DNA of 64,000 bases from an uncultured delta proteobacterium (GTDB lineage Bacteria; Myxococcota_A; Polyangia; Polyangiales; JAFGIB01), in contig CAVZVA010000003.1 in the NCBI GenBank assembly GCA_963778655.1, forward strand, positions 288,001 to 352,000, given 5' to 3'. The notes below the pieces were generated by a model that was not told the origin of the DNA, made no database searches, and worked only from the letters and a program-made list of their open reading frames with translations. Positions 21,632 to 30,757 of this stretch are shown here, piece by piece. Positions within the stretch are counted from its first letter, which is position 1, and each line of letters starts with the position of its first letter. A program made the translations under genes and the position numbers.

Positions 21632-22588
21632 TCACGAGCACCACGTCAGCAGTTGAAGGTTGAGCAGCGCCGCTGCGTCCGCCGGCTGCGAGTCGGCGGC
21701 AATGGCCCGGACTTCGCGAAATGCGCGCCGTAGGACTTCGCGGATGCGCTCCAGATCGTCTGCCGAACATGAAAAGACGTTGTATGCCAGCCAGTCGGCT
21801 TCGCGCGGGCTCTTGAGGCGCTCGCGGCCTACCTCGGTCCAGTGCGCCTTGAGACGATTGACTTGCTCGGGCGCGGCGCGCGTGTCGACGCTCAGCGAGC
21901 CCACGTCGAGATAGCGGTCGCGCGCCCGGCGCAAGACGCCAGCGTCTTGGAGTCGTGAGAGCACGCGCCGCTCTTCGTCGAGCGTGATCCCGAGCTGCGC
22001 AGCGATGTATCCGTCCCGGTGGCGGGCGAGCGTTCGGTACCCCTGCGTTTCCATCACGCGCAGGACGGCTTCCGACCACGGTGCCTCGAAGGCCAGGTGC
22101 TTGGCCGCGGCGCGGCGCGCGTGCTCGGGGAGCAGCTCGGGGACGGACTCGATCGCGACCAGGTGCTGCACGAGGTCCGATGCGCGACCGGTGATGGCCT
22201 CGAGCAGCGCGAGGAAATCAGGCAGGCGTGGCTTGGCCTGTCCGCGCAGCCAGCGCGCGATGGCGAAGCGTGAGAAGCCGCTGCGTTCGGCCAGGACGCG
22301 GTGCGTCGTGCTGCCGCGCAGCGCGTCGAGCCAGCTGTCGACGCGGAACTCGCCGTCGGCGATCAGCGCGTCCGCGCACGCGGGTTGAAACGCGCGCGCC
22401 GCGGCCGCGACGTCGATGCGCAGGCGCGCGCACGCGCGCAATGTTTCGCTCGCAGTGGGGAAGCGGCGACCGGCCTCCCAATCGCACGCGACGTTGGAGC
22501 GATAGCCGAGCCGGCGCGAAAGGGCGCGCTGCGAGCGCTTGCCGCGCAACCCGCGCAGCAGTTGACGGGCCACGAGCTGCCAATCCAT
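21632..22588 (-). CDS. XRE-HTH / DUF4423-type regulator
   Basis: Two HTH-like segments (SQRALSRRLGY...DWEAGRRFP; LAERSGFSRFAIARWLRG); C-terminal YNVFSCS...LNLQL. Confidence 0.75.
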   Translation of the reverse strand: MDWQLVARQLLRGLRGKRSQRALSRRLGYRSNVACDWEAGRRFPTASETLRACARLRIDVAAAARAFQPACADALIADGEFRVDSWLDALRGSTTHRVLAERSGFSRFAIARWLRGQAKPRLPDFLALLEAITGRASDLVQHLVAIESVPELLPEHARRAAAKHLAFEAPWSEAVLRVMETQGYRTLARHRDGYIAAQLGITLDEERRVLSRLQDAGVLRRARDRYLDVGSLSVDTRAAPEQVNRLKAHWTEVGRERLKSPREADWLAYNVFSCSADDLERIREVLRRAFREVRAIAADSQPADAAALLNLQLLTWCS

Positions 22589-22719
22589 GTCCTCAGATTT
22601 GCACGCGCTCGGGCGTTCACGCGAGCCAATTTGTTCGAAATTGCGAACTTCGCGATTGCGCCGGAAACGCCCGAACGTCACCTTGGAGGGGTGACGGGGT
22701 CGCTCGATCGGAGGGACGC

Positions 22720-24057
22720 ATGAACAGGGCGAGCAAGCTTGGAGTCGTGTTCGCGATGCTGGCGATCACGAGCTGCAGCCTCGGGCGCGGTGCTGGAGGC
22801 GGAATCGGGTCTTCGGAGCCGCCGTTCGGGGCGAGCAAGCCGAAGGTCGGGCAGTCCGGTGTCGAGGGCACGTGCGAGGACGACACGAGCGAAGATCCCA
22901 ACGTGGCTTTCGAGCAGACCATCGCCGACCTCGGCTTCTCTGCCGCCGAGGCGGCCGCCGCCGTCGAGGGCAGTCACGAATTGGTGTTCGTGCGGCAGCC
23001 TTGGTTCGAGGCCCCCTCCACGCACCCGGTGCAGCGCATGCTGACCGTGACCATCATGCCGCAGGCGGTGGCGCGCCGGTCGGAATGCGGAGGCTACGTC
23101 GCCGTTCCAGTCGATGTACGGATCCGCGATGTGCAGAGCGGGATCGAGGTCGCTCTCACCGGCGAGCTCTCGGCGTACCCGTCGGGGGATGCACACCCAC
23201 GCCTCGGCCACGTGGCCATCGACGGAAGCTTCGAGAGTACCGAGCTCGCCCGAGCGCTGGCGCTGCCGCCGAGCGCGGTGAGTGGCAGAAGCGCGGACCC
23301 GTTCGAGGTTCACGCGGACTTCGCGGGCGGCACGTGGAGCGCAAGCCTCGTGTCCGTGCGCGGCGGCCATTCGTGCGCGGTGCTCGAAACGTCCGCCACG
23401 TCCACGGATTCGTGCTCGCCATACGGCGCGATGAGCGCGGGCGAGCCGCCGCAGCGGGTCGAGTTGTCGGCGCGCTTCGGTACGCGCAGTCGGATGCAAG
23501 ACCTGCTCGACTCGGTGCGCAGTCTGCCGGCGCTTGCGATGCACTGGCCGGACGGAAGCGCGACATCGTTGCACGTCGACATCACGCCCGCGGATTTCGC
23601 CTGCGCCGGCCAGTACTCGGAGGAGCGCGCCGAGAACACGAGCCCGCAGCCGCGGGATATGGGTCTCGCGCCGCTCGAACTCCACCTCACGACCGACGAT
23701 GGCAAGCTCGATGTCAACGTACCAGGGGTCGTGCGCGCGAGCGTCGCCGTAGGTCAGGCGTGGGACGGCAGTGCCGAGCTCGACAGTGCACTCGCGCCGG
23801 TGGCCGCGCTCAGCGGAATGACCCTACCGATGCTGCTGCAAGTCCCCGAGGGCGATCTTGGATTCCTGAGCGTACTGTTGAACGTTCCGGTCGAAGGCAA
23901 TGACAACAGCCAGCTGGCGCTCGACGCCTATCGACCGTCTGCGGGGGCGCCCCAGTTCCCGGCCGTCTACGAGTACAGCGCCAGCCGCATCGCGTGCTTC
24001 ACGAACGAACAGCCGACCGCTCACTTCGGCTCGAGCCTGAAGCCGGCTGCCAACTAG
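22720..24057 (+). CDS. Hypothetical lipoprotein
   Basis: MNRASKLGVVFAMLAITSC lipobox; long open frame; GGAGG RBS. Confidence 0.75.
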   Translation: MNRASKLGVVFAMLAITSCSLGRGAGGGIGSSEPPFGASKPKVGQSGVEGTCEDDTSEDPNVAFEQTIADLGFSAAEAAAAVEGSHELVFVRQPWFEAPSTHPVQRMLTVTIMPQAVARRSECGGYVAVPVDVRIRDVQSGIEVALTGELSAYPSGDAHPRLGHVAIDGSFESTELARALALPPSAVSGRSADPFEVHADFAGGTWSASLVSVRGGHSCAVLETSATSTDSCSPYGAMSAGEPPQRVELSARFGTRSRMQDLLDSVRSLPALAMHWPDGSATSLHVDITPADFACAGQYSEERAENTSPQPRDMGLAPLELHLTTDDGKLDVNVPGVVRASVAVGQAWDGSAELDSALAPVAALSGMTLPMLLQVPEGDLGFLSVLLNVPVEGNDNSQLALDAYRPSAGAPQFPAVYEYSASRIACFTNEQPTAHFGSSLKPAAN

Positions 24058-24198
24058 CACGCCGTCGCGCGCCGCTTTTCCTGGGCTCGGGTCCCGATCG
24101 TGCGGCGAAGCTGCCAGCACGCCTCGACGAACAGGAGCCTGGCCGTGATCGCGGCTCTCGACGCCGCGCCCCGATCGTCGTAGGACGAGGCGGCCACC

Positions 24199-24236
24199 CA
24201 GGGGGGATCGGATCCATCAGGGGGATCCATCAGGGG
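24199..24236 (-). repeat. Short cluster of GGATCCCCCTGA-type repeats
   Basis: TCAGGGGGATCC at 24217-24228 plus two partial units; same unit as 53967-54024 on the opposite strand. Confidence 0.75.
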
Positions 24237-24388
24237 CGGACCGGGCTTCTTTGGCGTCCCCAGGGGGACACCACACAGTCAGGAACCTGGCGGGGCAGGG
24301 GGGCGCTGCGGAAGAAAGCGGCGCAGATATAGCGGCTTGGTGCCGGCTGTCGGTGGTCGCGTAGCCGCCTGGACGCCACCCCTCCGGC

Positions 24389-24410
24389 GGCATATGCTTT
24401 GGCATATGTC
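24389..24410. promoter_or_regulatory. Tandem GCATATG palindromes, candidate VapBC operator
   Basis: GGCATATGCTTTGGCATATGTC overlaps the vapB start. Confidence 0.6.
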
Positions 24411-24645
24411 TGACTATCCGGAGCGCCAGGTCAAGCTGTTCAAGAACGGCCGCAACCAGGCCGTTCGGATTCCGCGGGAGTTCGAGCTGCCGGGCGACGA
24501 GGCCGTGATGCGCAAGGAGGGCGACCGGTTGATCATCGAGCCGGCCAAGTCACGCTCGCTGCTCGGGGTGCTCGCCACGCTCGAGCCGCTGGACGAGGAG
24601 CTTCCGGAGGTCGACGACCTTCCCATCGACGACGTCGAGATTTGA
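24406..24645 (+). CDS. vapB: AbrB-type antitoxin
   Basis: VKLFKNGRNQAVRIPREFELPG. Confidence 0.92.
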   Translation: MSDYPERQVKLFKNGRNQAVRIPREFELPGDEAVMRKEGDRLIIEPAKSRSLLGVLATLEPLDEELPEVDDLPIDDVEI

Positions 24646-25046
24646 AGGTGCGCTACCTGCTCGACACCGACGTAGTCTCCGCGCTCGTGCGCGATCCGCA
24701 TGGCCCCGTCACCGATCGCGTACGCGACGTGGGCGAGAGCGAGGTCTGCACCAGCATCGTGGTCGCCGCGGAGCTTCGCTACGGCGCGGCGAAGAAGGGT
24801 TCGGCGCGACTGAGCAGGCAGGTCGAAGCCGTCCTCGATGCGCTTCCGATCATCCCCCTCGAAGAGCCTGCCGATGCCGTCTACGCGCACGTTCGGCTGG
24901 CGCTCGAACGCGCGGGGCAGCCCATCGGTGGCAACGACCTGTTGATCGCCGCGCAGGCCCTCGCCCATCAGTGCGTGCTCGTCACGGGCAACGAACGCGA
25001 GTTCGTGCGCGTGGAAGGCCTCGAGGTGGAGAACTGGCTGGCCTGA
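24642..25046 (+). CDS. vapC: PIN-domain toxin
   Basis: YLLDTD, AELRYG, IGGNDLLIAAQA, LVTGNEREF. Confidence 0.93.
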   Translation: MKVRYLLDTDVVSALVRDPHGPVTDRVRDVGESEVCTSIVVAAELRYGAAKKGSARLSRQVEAVLDALPIIPLEEPADAVYAHVRLALERAGQPIGGNDLLIAAQALAHQCVLVTGNEREFVRVEGLEVENWLA

Positions 25047-25073
25047 CGGTTCGACACGCGCCGCGCGAGGTGG

Positions 25074-25696
25074 CCCCAGAGGATCGATCCCGACACCCCA
25101 GAGGATCGATCCCGGGTAATCGGCTGCACCCCTGGAGCGAGCCGCGCAGCCTGCGTGAGAGTCGGGGACGCTCGGTGCCGACGTTCCGCATCGGCGCACG
25201 CGGCATCGTGGGGCAGCAGGCGCACATACCGGCCGCGCGGCTCCGCTCTGGCCAAGGTCGTCGCGAAGGGCACGAACATGGCGACCACGGCGGTGCGCAG
25301 GCGGCCGTCGAACAGGAAGATGCCGCGGATGACGGTGCGCCGGTGATCGTCCGGCACCGCTTCGACAAGCGCAGCGGCGCCGGTGGCGACCGCGACGCGC
25401 GCCGCATCTTCACGCTGCGCGACCGCCGCCGCGGCCGCCCCCGCACATCGCGCCACGTTACCGACCCACCTGGCTAACCGCAGAGCGCCCTTGCCGGCGT
25501 GCGTACCGAGGTGACGGCCCTAGGGGCTGTCGTCGTGCGCGCGCACAGCCGTTTCAGGCGCCCCAATGGCACCGAGGTGGCGTTTGCTGCGTCGCGGCGG
25601 CCGTCACCGGCGCGCAGCCGAGCCATCCGAGGCCTCGTGACAGCCACGCTGGCGCACGCCGATGCCACTCCGACGGCGCGCACCTCGGACAGATCC
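25074..25696 (+). mobile_element. Non-autonomous, doubly deleted derivative of the Y1/RAYT-like element
   Basis: Keeps left end GAGGATCGATCCCGGGTAATCG and right end CCTCGGACAGATCC; two internal deletions relative to 56962-58752. Confidence 0.88.
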
Positions 25697-25753
25697 ATCC
25701 GAGCACCCCAATGCCGCCGGCGTCGGAGATTACGAAACGTGTACACGTTACCT

Positions 25754-26110
25754 CTATCGTGGCGCCCACCAGTCTCTCAGATCTTTCAACCGAGCCACGT
25801 GTGCTCGATTTTCCTTCTCCAAACACCTCGCGAGCACCTCGGGCTGAAGGGATCCCCCCTCGAAACTCCGCGCCGCCAACGCACACCACTTGTCCCGAAA
25901 GGACTTCCACGCCTGCTCTGCTTCCTCAAGCCCTGGTTGGTCGTCAATTAGTCCCTCATTTACCATCTTCTGATAAGACTTGGTCACCTCACTTTCCGCC
26001 AAGTCCGCAGCCATCTTTGCGCACAGCGACTTAGCAAGTTGAGTCTGCGCTTTCGCGCATGGCACACATCTTGGTCTATCTACGAATTCAAAGGCCTCCC
26101 CTTTCCGACA
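25754..26110 (-). pseudogene. LprI/DUF1311-family protein, probably 5'-truncated
   Basis: CAKAQTQLAKSLCA...AEQAWKSFRDKWC...GGSLQP...C. Confidence 0.7.
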
Positions 26111-26768
26111 AACACCTGGAATATCGGGGGGTGGCACGCGGCTCGGCGGCGCTGGCGTCTTGCGCACCGCTCAACCTGAATTCCGCGGACAGTGCTGTGA
26201 GCACGTTCGCGATACCCTCTACGTCGAGCTTCATCCCGATCGCGTTCTGCACCTCAAGGCCGAGGTAGAGTGCGATAATCAGCGAGGCGGCGGCCTTGGG
26301 GTCGACCGGCGGTGTGCCGGGTATGGCCTGAAGCTGCGCCGTGACGACGTGGCCCACAGCCTGTGTTGCCTCGTCTATCGCCGAGCGCGCGAGCTTGCCA
26401 ATGCTTGGGTTGCATAGCGCCTCGGCCCACAGGTTGACGTCGATGCGTGCGGCGTGCCGACCCTTCGGGCCCGACACGGCGGCCGCCCACTCGAGCAACA
26501 GCTGCGCCTGGCCATCTGTTCCGGCCCCGCCTTGCGTTGCCCGCTCGAGGCGTTTCTTGCGACCGTCACGCGCTGCCTCAAGCAGAGCACGCATCATCGC
26601 CTCTTTGCTTCGAAAGTATGTGTAGATGGCGCCGGTGCTCACGCCTGCGTGGCGCTTGACGTCTTCGAGCGTGGTGCCGCGAAAGCCGTTCTTGGCGAAG
26701 CACTGCGCCGCGGCCCGCAAGATGTGGTTCCGACGTTCGGCCAGCGTGGCGTCACTCAACTTCGGCAT
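26088..26768 (-). CDS. TetR-family regulator
   Basis: RRNHILRAAAQCFAKNGFRGTTLEDV...GAIYTYFRSK. Confidence 0.9.
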   Translation of the reverse strand: MPKLSDATLAERRNHILRAAAQCFAKNGFRGTTLEDVKRHAGVSTGAIYTYFRSKEAMMRALLEAARDGRKKRLERATQGGAGTDGQAQLLLEWAAAVSGPKGRHAARIDVNLWAEALCNPSIGKLARSAIDEATQAVGHVVTAQLQAIPGTPPVDPKAAASLIIALYLGLEVQNAIGMKLDVEGIANVLTALSAEFRLSGAQDASAAEPRATPRYSRCLSERGGL

Positions 26769-26831
26769 AAAAAGAGACTACTCGTTCTTTTTGGCGTTGA
26801 TCAAGAGGCTGCCCCGTGCCATCAGAGGGCC

Positions 26832-28253
26832 ATGCTCGAAACAGTGCATGCCTTCTGCGATGACATCCTTGGGGATCACGACGCCGTGGCGCTGGCCCGC
26901 ATGGTGCGAGAGCGCAAGGTCAGCCCAGCTGAGTTGGTGCAGGCCGCCATCGCCCGTGCCGAGCGCGTGGAGCCCACGCTAGCTGCCATCGCGTACGCCG
27001 GCTTCGAGGAGGCCGTCGCTGAGGCCAAAGGCCCCCTTGAGGGCACGTTTGCCGGTGTGCCGACATTCATCAAAGACACCACGCACGTGCGTGGTGTGCC
27101 GACACGCCTCGGCTCGCAAGCCACCGGCGCGCGCCCTGCCAAGGCCGACGCCGCATTCACGAAGCTCGTCAAGGCGCAGGGCATGGTCATCCTCGGCAAG
27201 ACCAGCCTGCCGGAGCTCGGCTTCAACGCCACCACGGAACCTGAGGGTGGCTCGCCCACGCGCAACCCCTGGAACACGGACTACTCGCCCGGCGGCTCGT
27301 CCGGCGGGTCGGCCGCGCTCGTCGCAGCCGGTGTCGTCCCGATGGCGCATGGGAACGACGGCGGCGGCTCGCTGCGCATCCCCGCAGCTTGCTGTGGCCT
27401 GTTCGCGCTCAAGCCGACCCGTGGCCGGTTGCCCCCGAATGAGGCCGCGCGGCGGTTGCCGATCAATATCGTGTGCGACGGCGTGATCACTCGCAGCGTA
27501 CGCGACTCCGCGCACTTCTACGCCGACGTGGAGCGCCAGTTCGCAAGTCGCAAGCTGCCCCCGATCGGCCTTGTCAAAGGCCCGGGCGAGCGTCGCCTGC
27601 GCGTCGGCCTAGCCCTCGACTCCATCGATGTCGACCCGACCGACGCCGCCACTCGCGCAGCGGTGCTCGATGTGGCCAAGCATCTGGAGTCGCTCGGTCA
27701 CAGGGTCGAAGAGGTGCAGATTCCTCGCGAGGCCAACTCCCTGCCAGCGGACTTCATCCTGTATTGGTCGATGATCGCGTTCCTGTCGACAACCTTCGGA
27801 AAGCTCAGCGTCAGTTCCGACTTCGACGCTTCGCGCGTCGAGAGTCTGACGCGCGGGCTTGCAGGCTTTTACAAGAGCAGGATGCTGAAGACTCCCGGCG
27901 CGATGTTCCGCCTCGCTCGCTCCGCGGGTGTGTACGCACGCACGCTGGCAGACTACGACGTCCTGCTCACGCCCGTCGTGGGCCACACCACACCGAGGCT
28001 CGGCTACCTGTCGCCCGACGTGGACTTCGAAACGCTTCTTGCGCGTCTGCGAAACTTCGTGTCCTTCTCGCCGCTCAACAACGCTACGGGCAGCCCCGCC
28101 ATGTCGTTGCCGCTTGGCGCGTCGGACGAGGGCCTTCCCATCGGTGTGCACTTCGCCGGGCGGCACGGGGACGAGAGGACGCTACTCGAGCTGGCCTACG
28201 AACTTGAACAGTCCAAACCCTTCCGCCGCATTCAGGAAGGGCAGCCAGCATAA
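26832..28253 (+). CDS. Amidase signature family protein
   Basis: GGSSGGSAALVA, NDGGGSLRIPAACCG. Confidence 0.93.
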   Translation: MLETVHAFCDDILGDHDAVALARMVRERKVSPAELVQAAIARAERVEPTLAAIAYAGFEEAVAEAKGPLEGTFAGVPTFIKDTTHVRGVPTRLGSQATGARPAKADAAFTKLVKAQGMVILGKTSLPELGFNATTEPEGGSPTRNPWNTDYSPGGSSGGSAALVAAGVVPMAHGNDGGGSLRIPAACCGLFALKPTRGRLPPNEAARRLPINIVCDGVITRSVRDSAHFYADVERQFASRKLPPIGLVKGPGERRLRVGLALDSIDVDPTDAATRAAVLDVAKHLESLGHRVEEVQIPREANSLPADFILYWSMIAFLSTTFGKLSVSSDFDASRVESLTRGLAGFYKSRMLKTPGAMFRLARSAGVYARTLADYDVLLTPVVGHTTPRLGYLSPDVDFETLLARLRNFVSFSPLNNATGSPAMSLPLGASDEGLPIGVHFAGRHGDERTLLELAYELEQSKPFRRIQEGQPA

Positions 28254-28650
28254 ACGCCCTTGGGAAGTGGACATAGCGCCCATAGCGCCCCATCTGCGAA
28301 CTCGATCAGGTTTTCAGCGCGGCGGAATGGTGACATCGCAGGGCGCCCTGCATCGCGCGACAGAGGGGGTCTACGCTAAATGGAGGGGAGACGCACGCGT
28401 GTGACACTGCTTCGTACTTTCGATGTCGAGCGAGTCGACGCCGTATTGCCCTTTTGGCACGCTGGCGCAGCCACCGCTGAAGCTGCTGTCGGTGACCCAG
28501 GACTCCAACGGCGCCGATGCCACCGGCCAGGTGACCGGCATGAGCTTCCACCTGGTCACCGGGCTCACCCAGCTCACCGGCTAGAGCGTGCTCGCCTTCG
28601 GCACCTCGAGCTGAGCCCGAGCGCGCGCGTCTCGCAAGCTCCGCTCGCCC

Positions 28651-28881
28651 TCAATGTTGAGCGCGACAGACGAAGCAGGGGGACATCTGTCCTGGGCTGC
28701 ATTCGATGGGATTGCAGACGCCGAGCACACCGCCTGGCAGCGTGCACTGCTCGTACGCCTTCGTGCAGGTCTTGGCCGGGGCGGGCGTGCCGGGATCGGG
28801 ACAGCCGGAGACGAGCGCGAGCAGGCAAGCCCGAACGAGCGCGCTCGGTCGGAGCATTAGCATGCGACCCACGCGCGCCAT
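28651..28881 (-). CDS. Small Cys-rich lipoprotein
   Basis: LVSGC lipobox; six further Cys in about 50 aa. Confidence 0.6.
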   Translation of the reverse strand: MARVGRMLMLRPSALVRACLLALVSGCPDPGTPAPAKTCTKAYEQCTLPGGVLGVCNPIECSPGQMSPCFVCRAQH

Positions 28882-28889
28882 GGCGTGCG

Positions 28890-29003
28890 CCCCGTGCGCC
28901 GTGGCGTGCAGCGGCAGATGCTGCACCGACGGGCGTGCAAGCGCTCGAGCGGGCAGTCGATCTGCCATGCGATCTCCCCGCACAGACAGCTTCCGTGAAA
29001 CAT
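28890..29003 (-). pseudogene. GFA/CENP-V family N-terminal fragment
   Basis: MFHGSCLCGEI...CSICR with GGAGG RBS. Confidence 0.55.
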
Positions 29004-29165
29004 GGACGGCGCCTCCTTCGAGCCGCCGCAGCATAGCGCTCCGAGCCCCGCGCTGCGATGGCGAGCCTCCGCTGGCGCTCGACGCAAAGTTGTTGCGCCA
29101 GCGGCACGGGGGTAGCAAACCTACCTGCGGGCGCCACGCGCGGCGCGCCCCACGATTGGCGAATC

Positions 29166-29477
29166 ATGCAACATCGAATCTCACACGACTTGTCCCCAGA
29201 GCTCGCACGCCGCGTGCTGCAACAGGCGGTCGAGAGCTACTGCGAGCGCTTTGCCAAGTACTCTCCGGAGACCCAATGGCTCGGCGAGGACGAAGTCCGT
29301 GTCACCTTCAGCGCCCGCGGCGCCAAGCTCTCCGGGCTGCTGCGCCTCGTGCCGCACGCCATCGTGCTCGACCTGGACGTGCCGCTGCTGCTGCGCCCCT
29401 TCCAGAGCAAGGCCGTAGAGGTCATCGACACGCAGGTGCAGAAGTGGCTGCAGCGCGCCCACTCCGGCGAGCTGTAG
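29166..29477 (+). CDS. Polyhydroxyalkanoic-acid-system family protein
   Basis: MQHRISHDLSPELARR...LDVPLLLRPF pattern. Confidence 0.65.
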   Translation: MQHRISHDLSPELARRVLQQAVESYCERFAKYSPETQWLGEDEVRVTFSARGAKLSGLLRLVPHAIVLDLDVPLLLRPFQSKAVEVIDTQVQKWLQRAHSGEL

Positions 29478-29555
29478 CTGGGTCGAGGCGGCGCACGCCC
29501 TCGTGTGCGTCGCAGGCGCCCGTCCCCTGGACCGCCCCTGGTCCCGCGGAAGCGC

Positions 29556-29600
29556 TGGTGGGTCATCTCGGATTCGAACCGAGGGCCAATGGATTAAGAA
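29556..29600 (-). repeat. 3' half of tRNA-Lys(CTT) with CCA, att scar copy 2
   Basis: 44 bp identical to 17893-17936; no D-arm or 5' half adjacent. Confidence 0.85.
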
Positions 29601-29729
29601 CGGTCCACGAGCGCTTGCTGCAACCGAGCAAGAGGCGCAAGCGCCGGAAATGATTCGACCTCGGCAGGATCACCCGGGGCTATCGCCCCGTCCAAGGCTC
29701 CGACCCGCCGGCGCAACGTGCGCTCGAAC

Positions 29730-29806
29730 GAGGCCACCTCGTTGACGATCCGCATGTGCCGCTTGACAATAGCCAGACCGAGCGCGGCATCCGCGGTCCG
29801 GTGGTC
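29730..29806 (+). mobile_element. Tiny IS66 transposase remnant
   Basis: VDDPHVPLDNSQTERGIRGPVV, similar to 5773-5837. Confidence 0.7.
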
Positions 29807-29830
29807 TGTGGATCATTGTGCGTCACCTCG

Positions 29831-30730
29831 TCAAGTGCCTGGAATCTCAAGGTTTCGATGTTCGCCACGGGAGCGACACGGGAGCTTGCGGCCTGACCGA
29901 TGCGCCTTCAGCGCGCGTTTGACCTCGGGGCGTTGCAGATCCGTAGCCAGGATCTGCCATGGAGCCTCTTTCATCACCTGACGCGCAGGCAAGATCCCGA
30001 CGCGCCGTAGCTTGCGGATCGCGTAGTGCGATACGCCCTCAGCTTCCGCTGCGTCTGTGATGGTCAAGCACCGGCCGTCCTTGTTGGCGGAGTCATAGCC
30101 GACGATCCTGTGCTTGTTGCGATAGGCCTGAACGCGGATCGCGGTCCAGGCCTTGCCTTGACCTGTCTTGAGCCCAAGGCGGTTGAGTGAAGCGGCGACG
30201 CGCTCGTTTGGCCACCTGCCGGCCATGTCTCTGATTAGCGCGTCTGCCTCCGAGCTCGCGCGCTTACGATGCTCGCCCGAGCGACGCATGCGGACACGGT
30301 GCTCGGAATGCTGCCCGCCCTTCCAGTGGATCGTCAGGACGACCTCACGAGAGCTGTCGTCGACGTCGGCAACAATCTGTTCGATCAGCGTTCTGACCAG
30401 CCGCTGCTTCAACCGCATATCGGTGTCGGACCTTGCCCATATCGCACGCAGGTCCTGGGCCACACGCTGCAGTTCAGCCGCCTTGATCGGCTCATCGCAC
30501 TGTGAAGCCTCTGCCAGCCTCTGCTCGCTGTCGCCAAGACGTGTGAGAGCCTCGTTCCACCGCCCCTCGAGCTCGCTGGCCACGAGGCGGTTGTCAGGAT
30601 CGACAGCCTCGTAGCGCCGCTGTGCCAGCTGCACCTCATAGCGTGCCTGTTCCACCTCGAGCGCGAGCGCGTGTTGCCGTTCTCCTCGGAGTCGCAGGTC
30701 TTGTTCGTGGGCCACGATCGCCGCCTCAAC
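29831..30730 (-). pseudogene. Large serine recombinase, C-terminal fragment
   Basis: EQARYE...RRYEAVDPDNRLVASELE, IHWKGGQH, LNRLGLKTGQGKAWT; catalytic N-terminus lost near the ISL3. Confidence 0.85.
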
Positions 30731-30757
30731 TCCAAGTGGTTGTACCGCATCAATTAG

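Noticed and set aside
25736..25749. Palindrome AACGTGTACACGTT
   Set aside because: Isolated, not found beside the other element copies; no function supportable.
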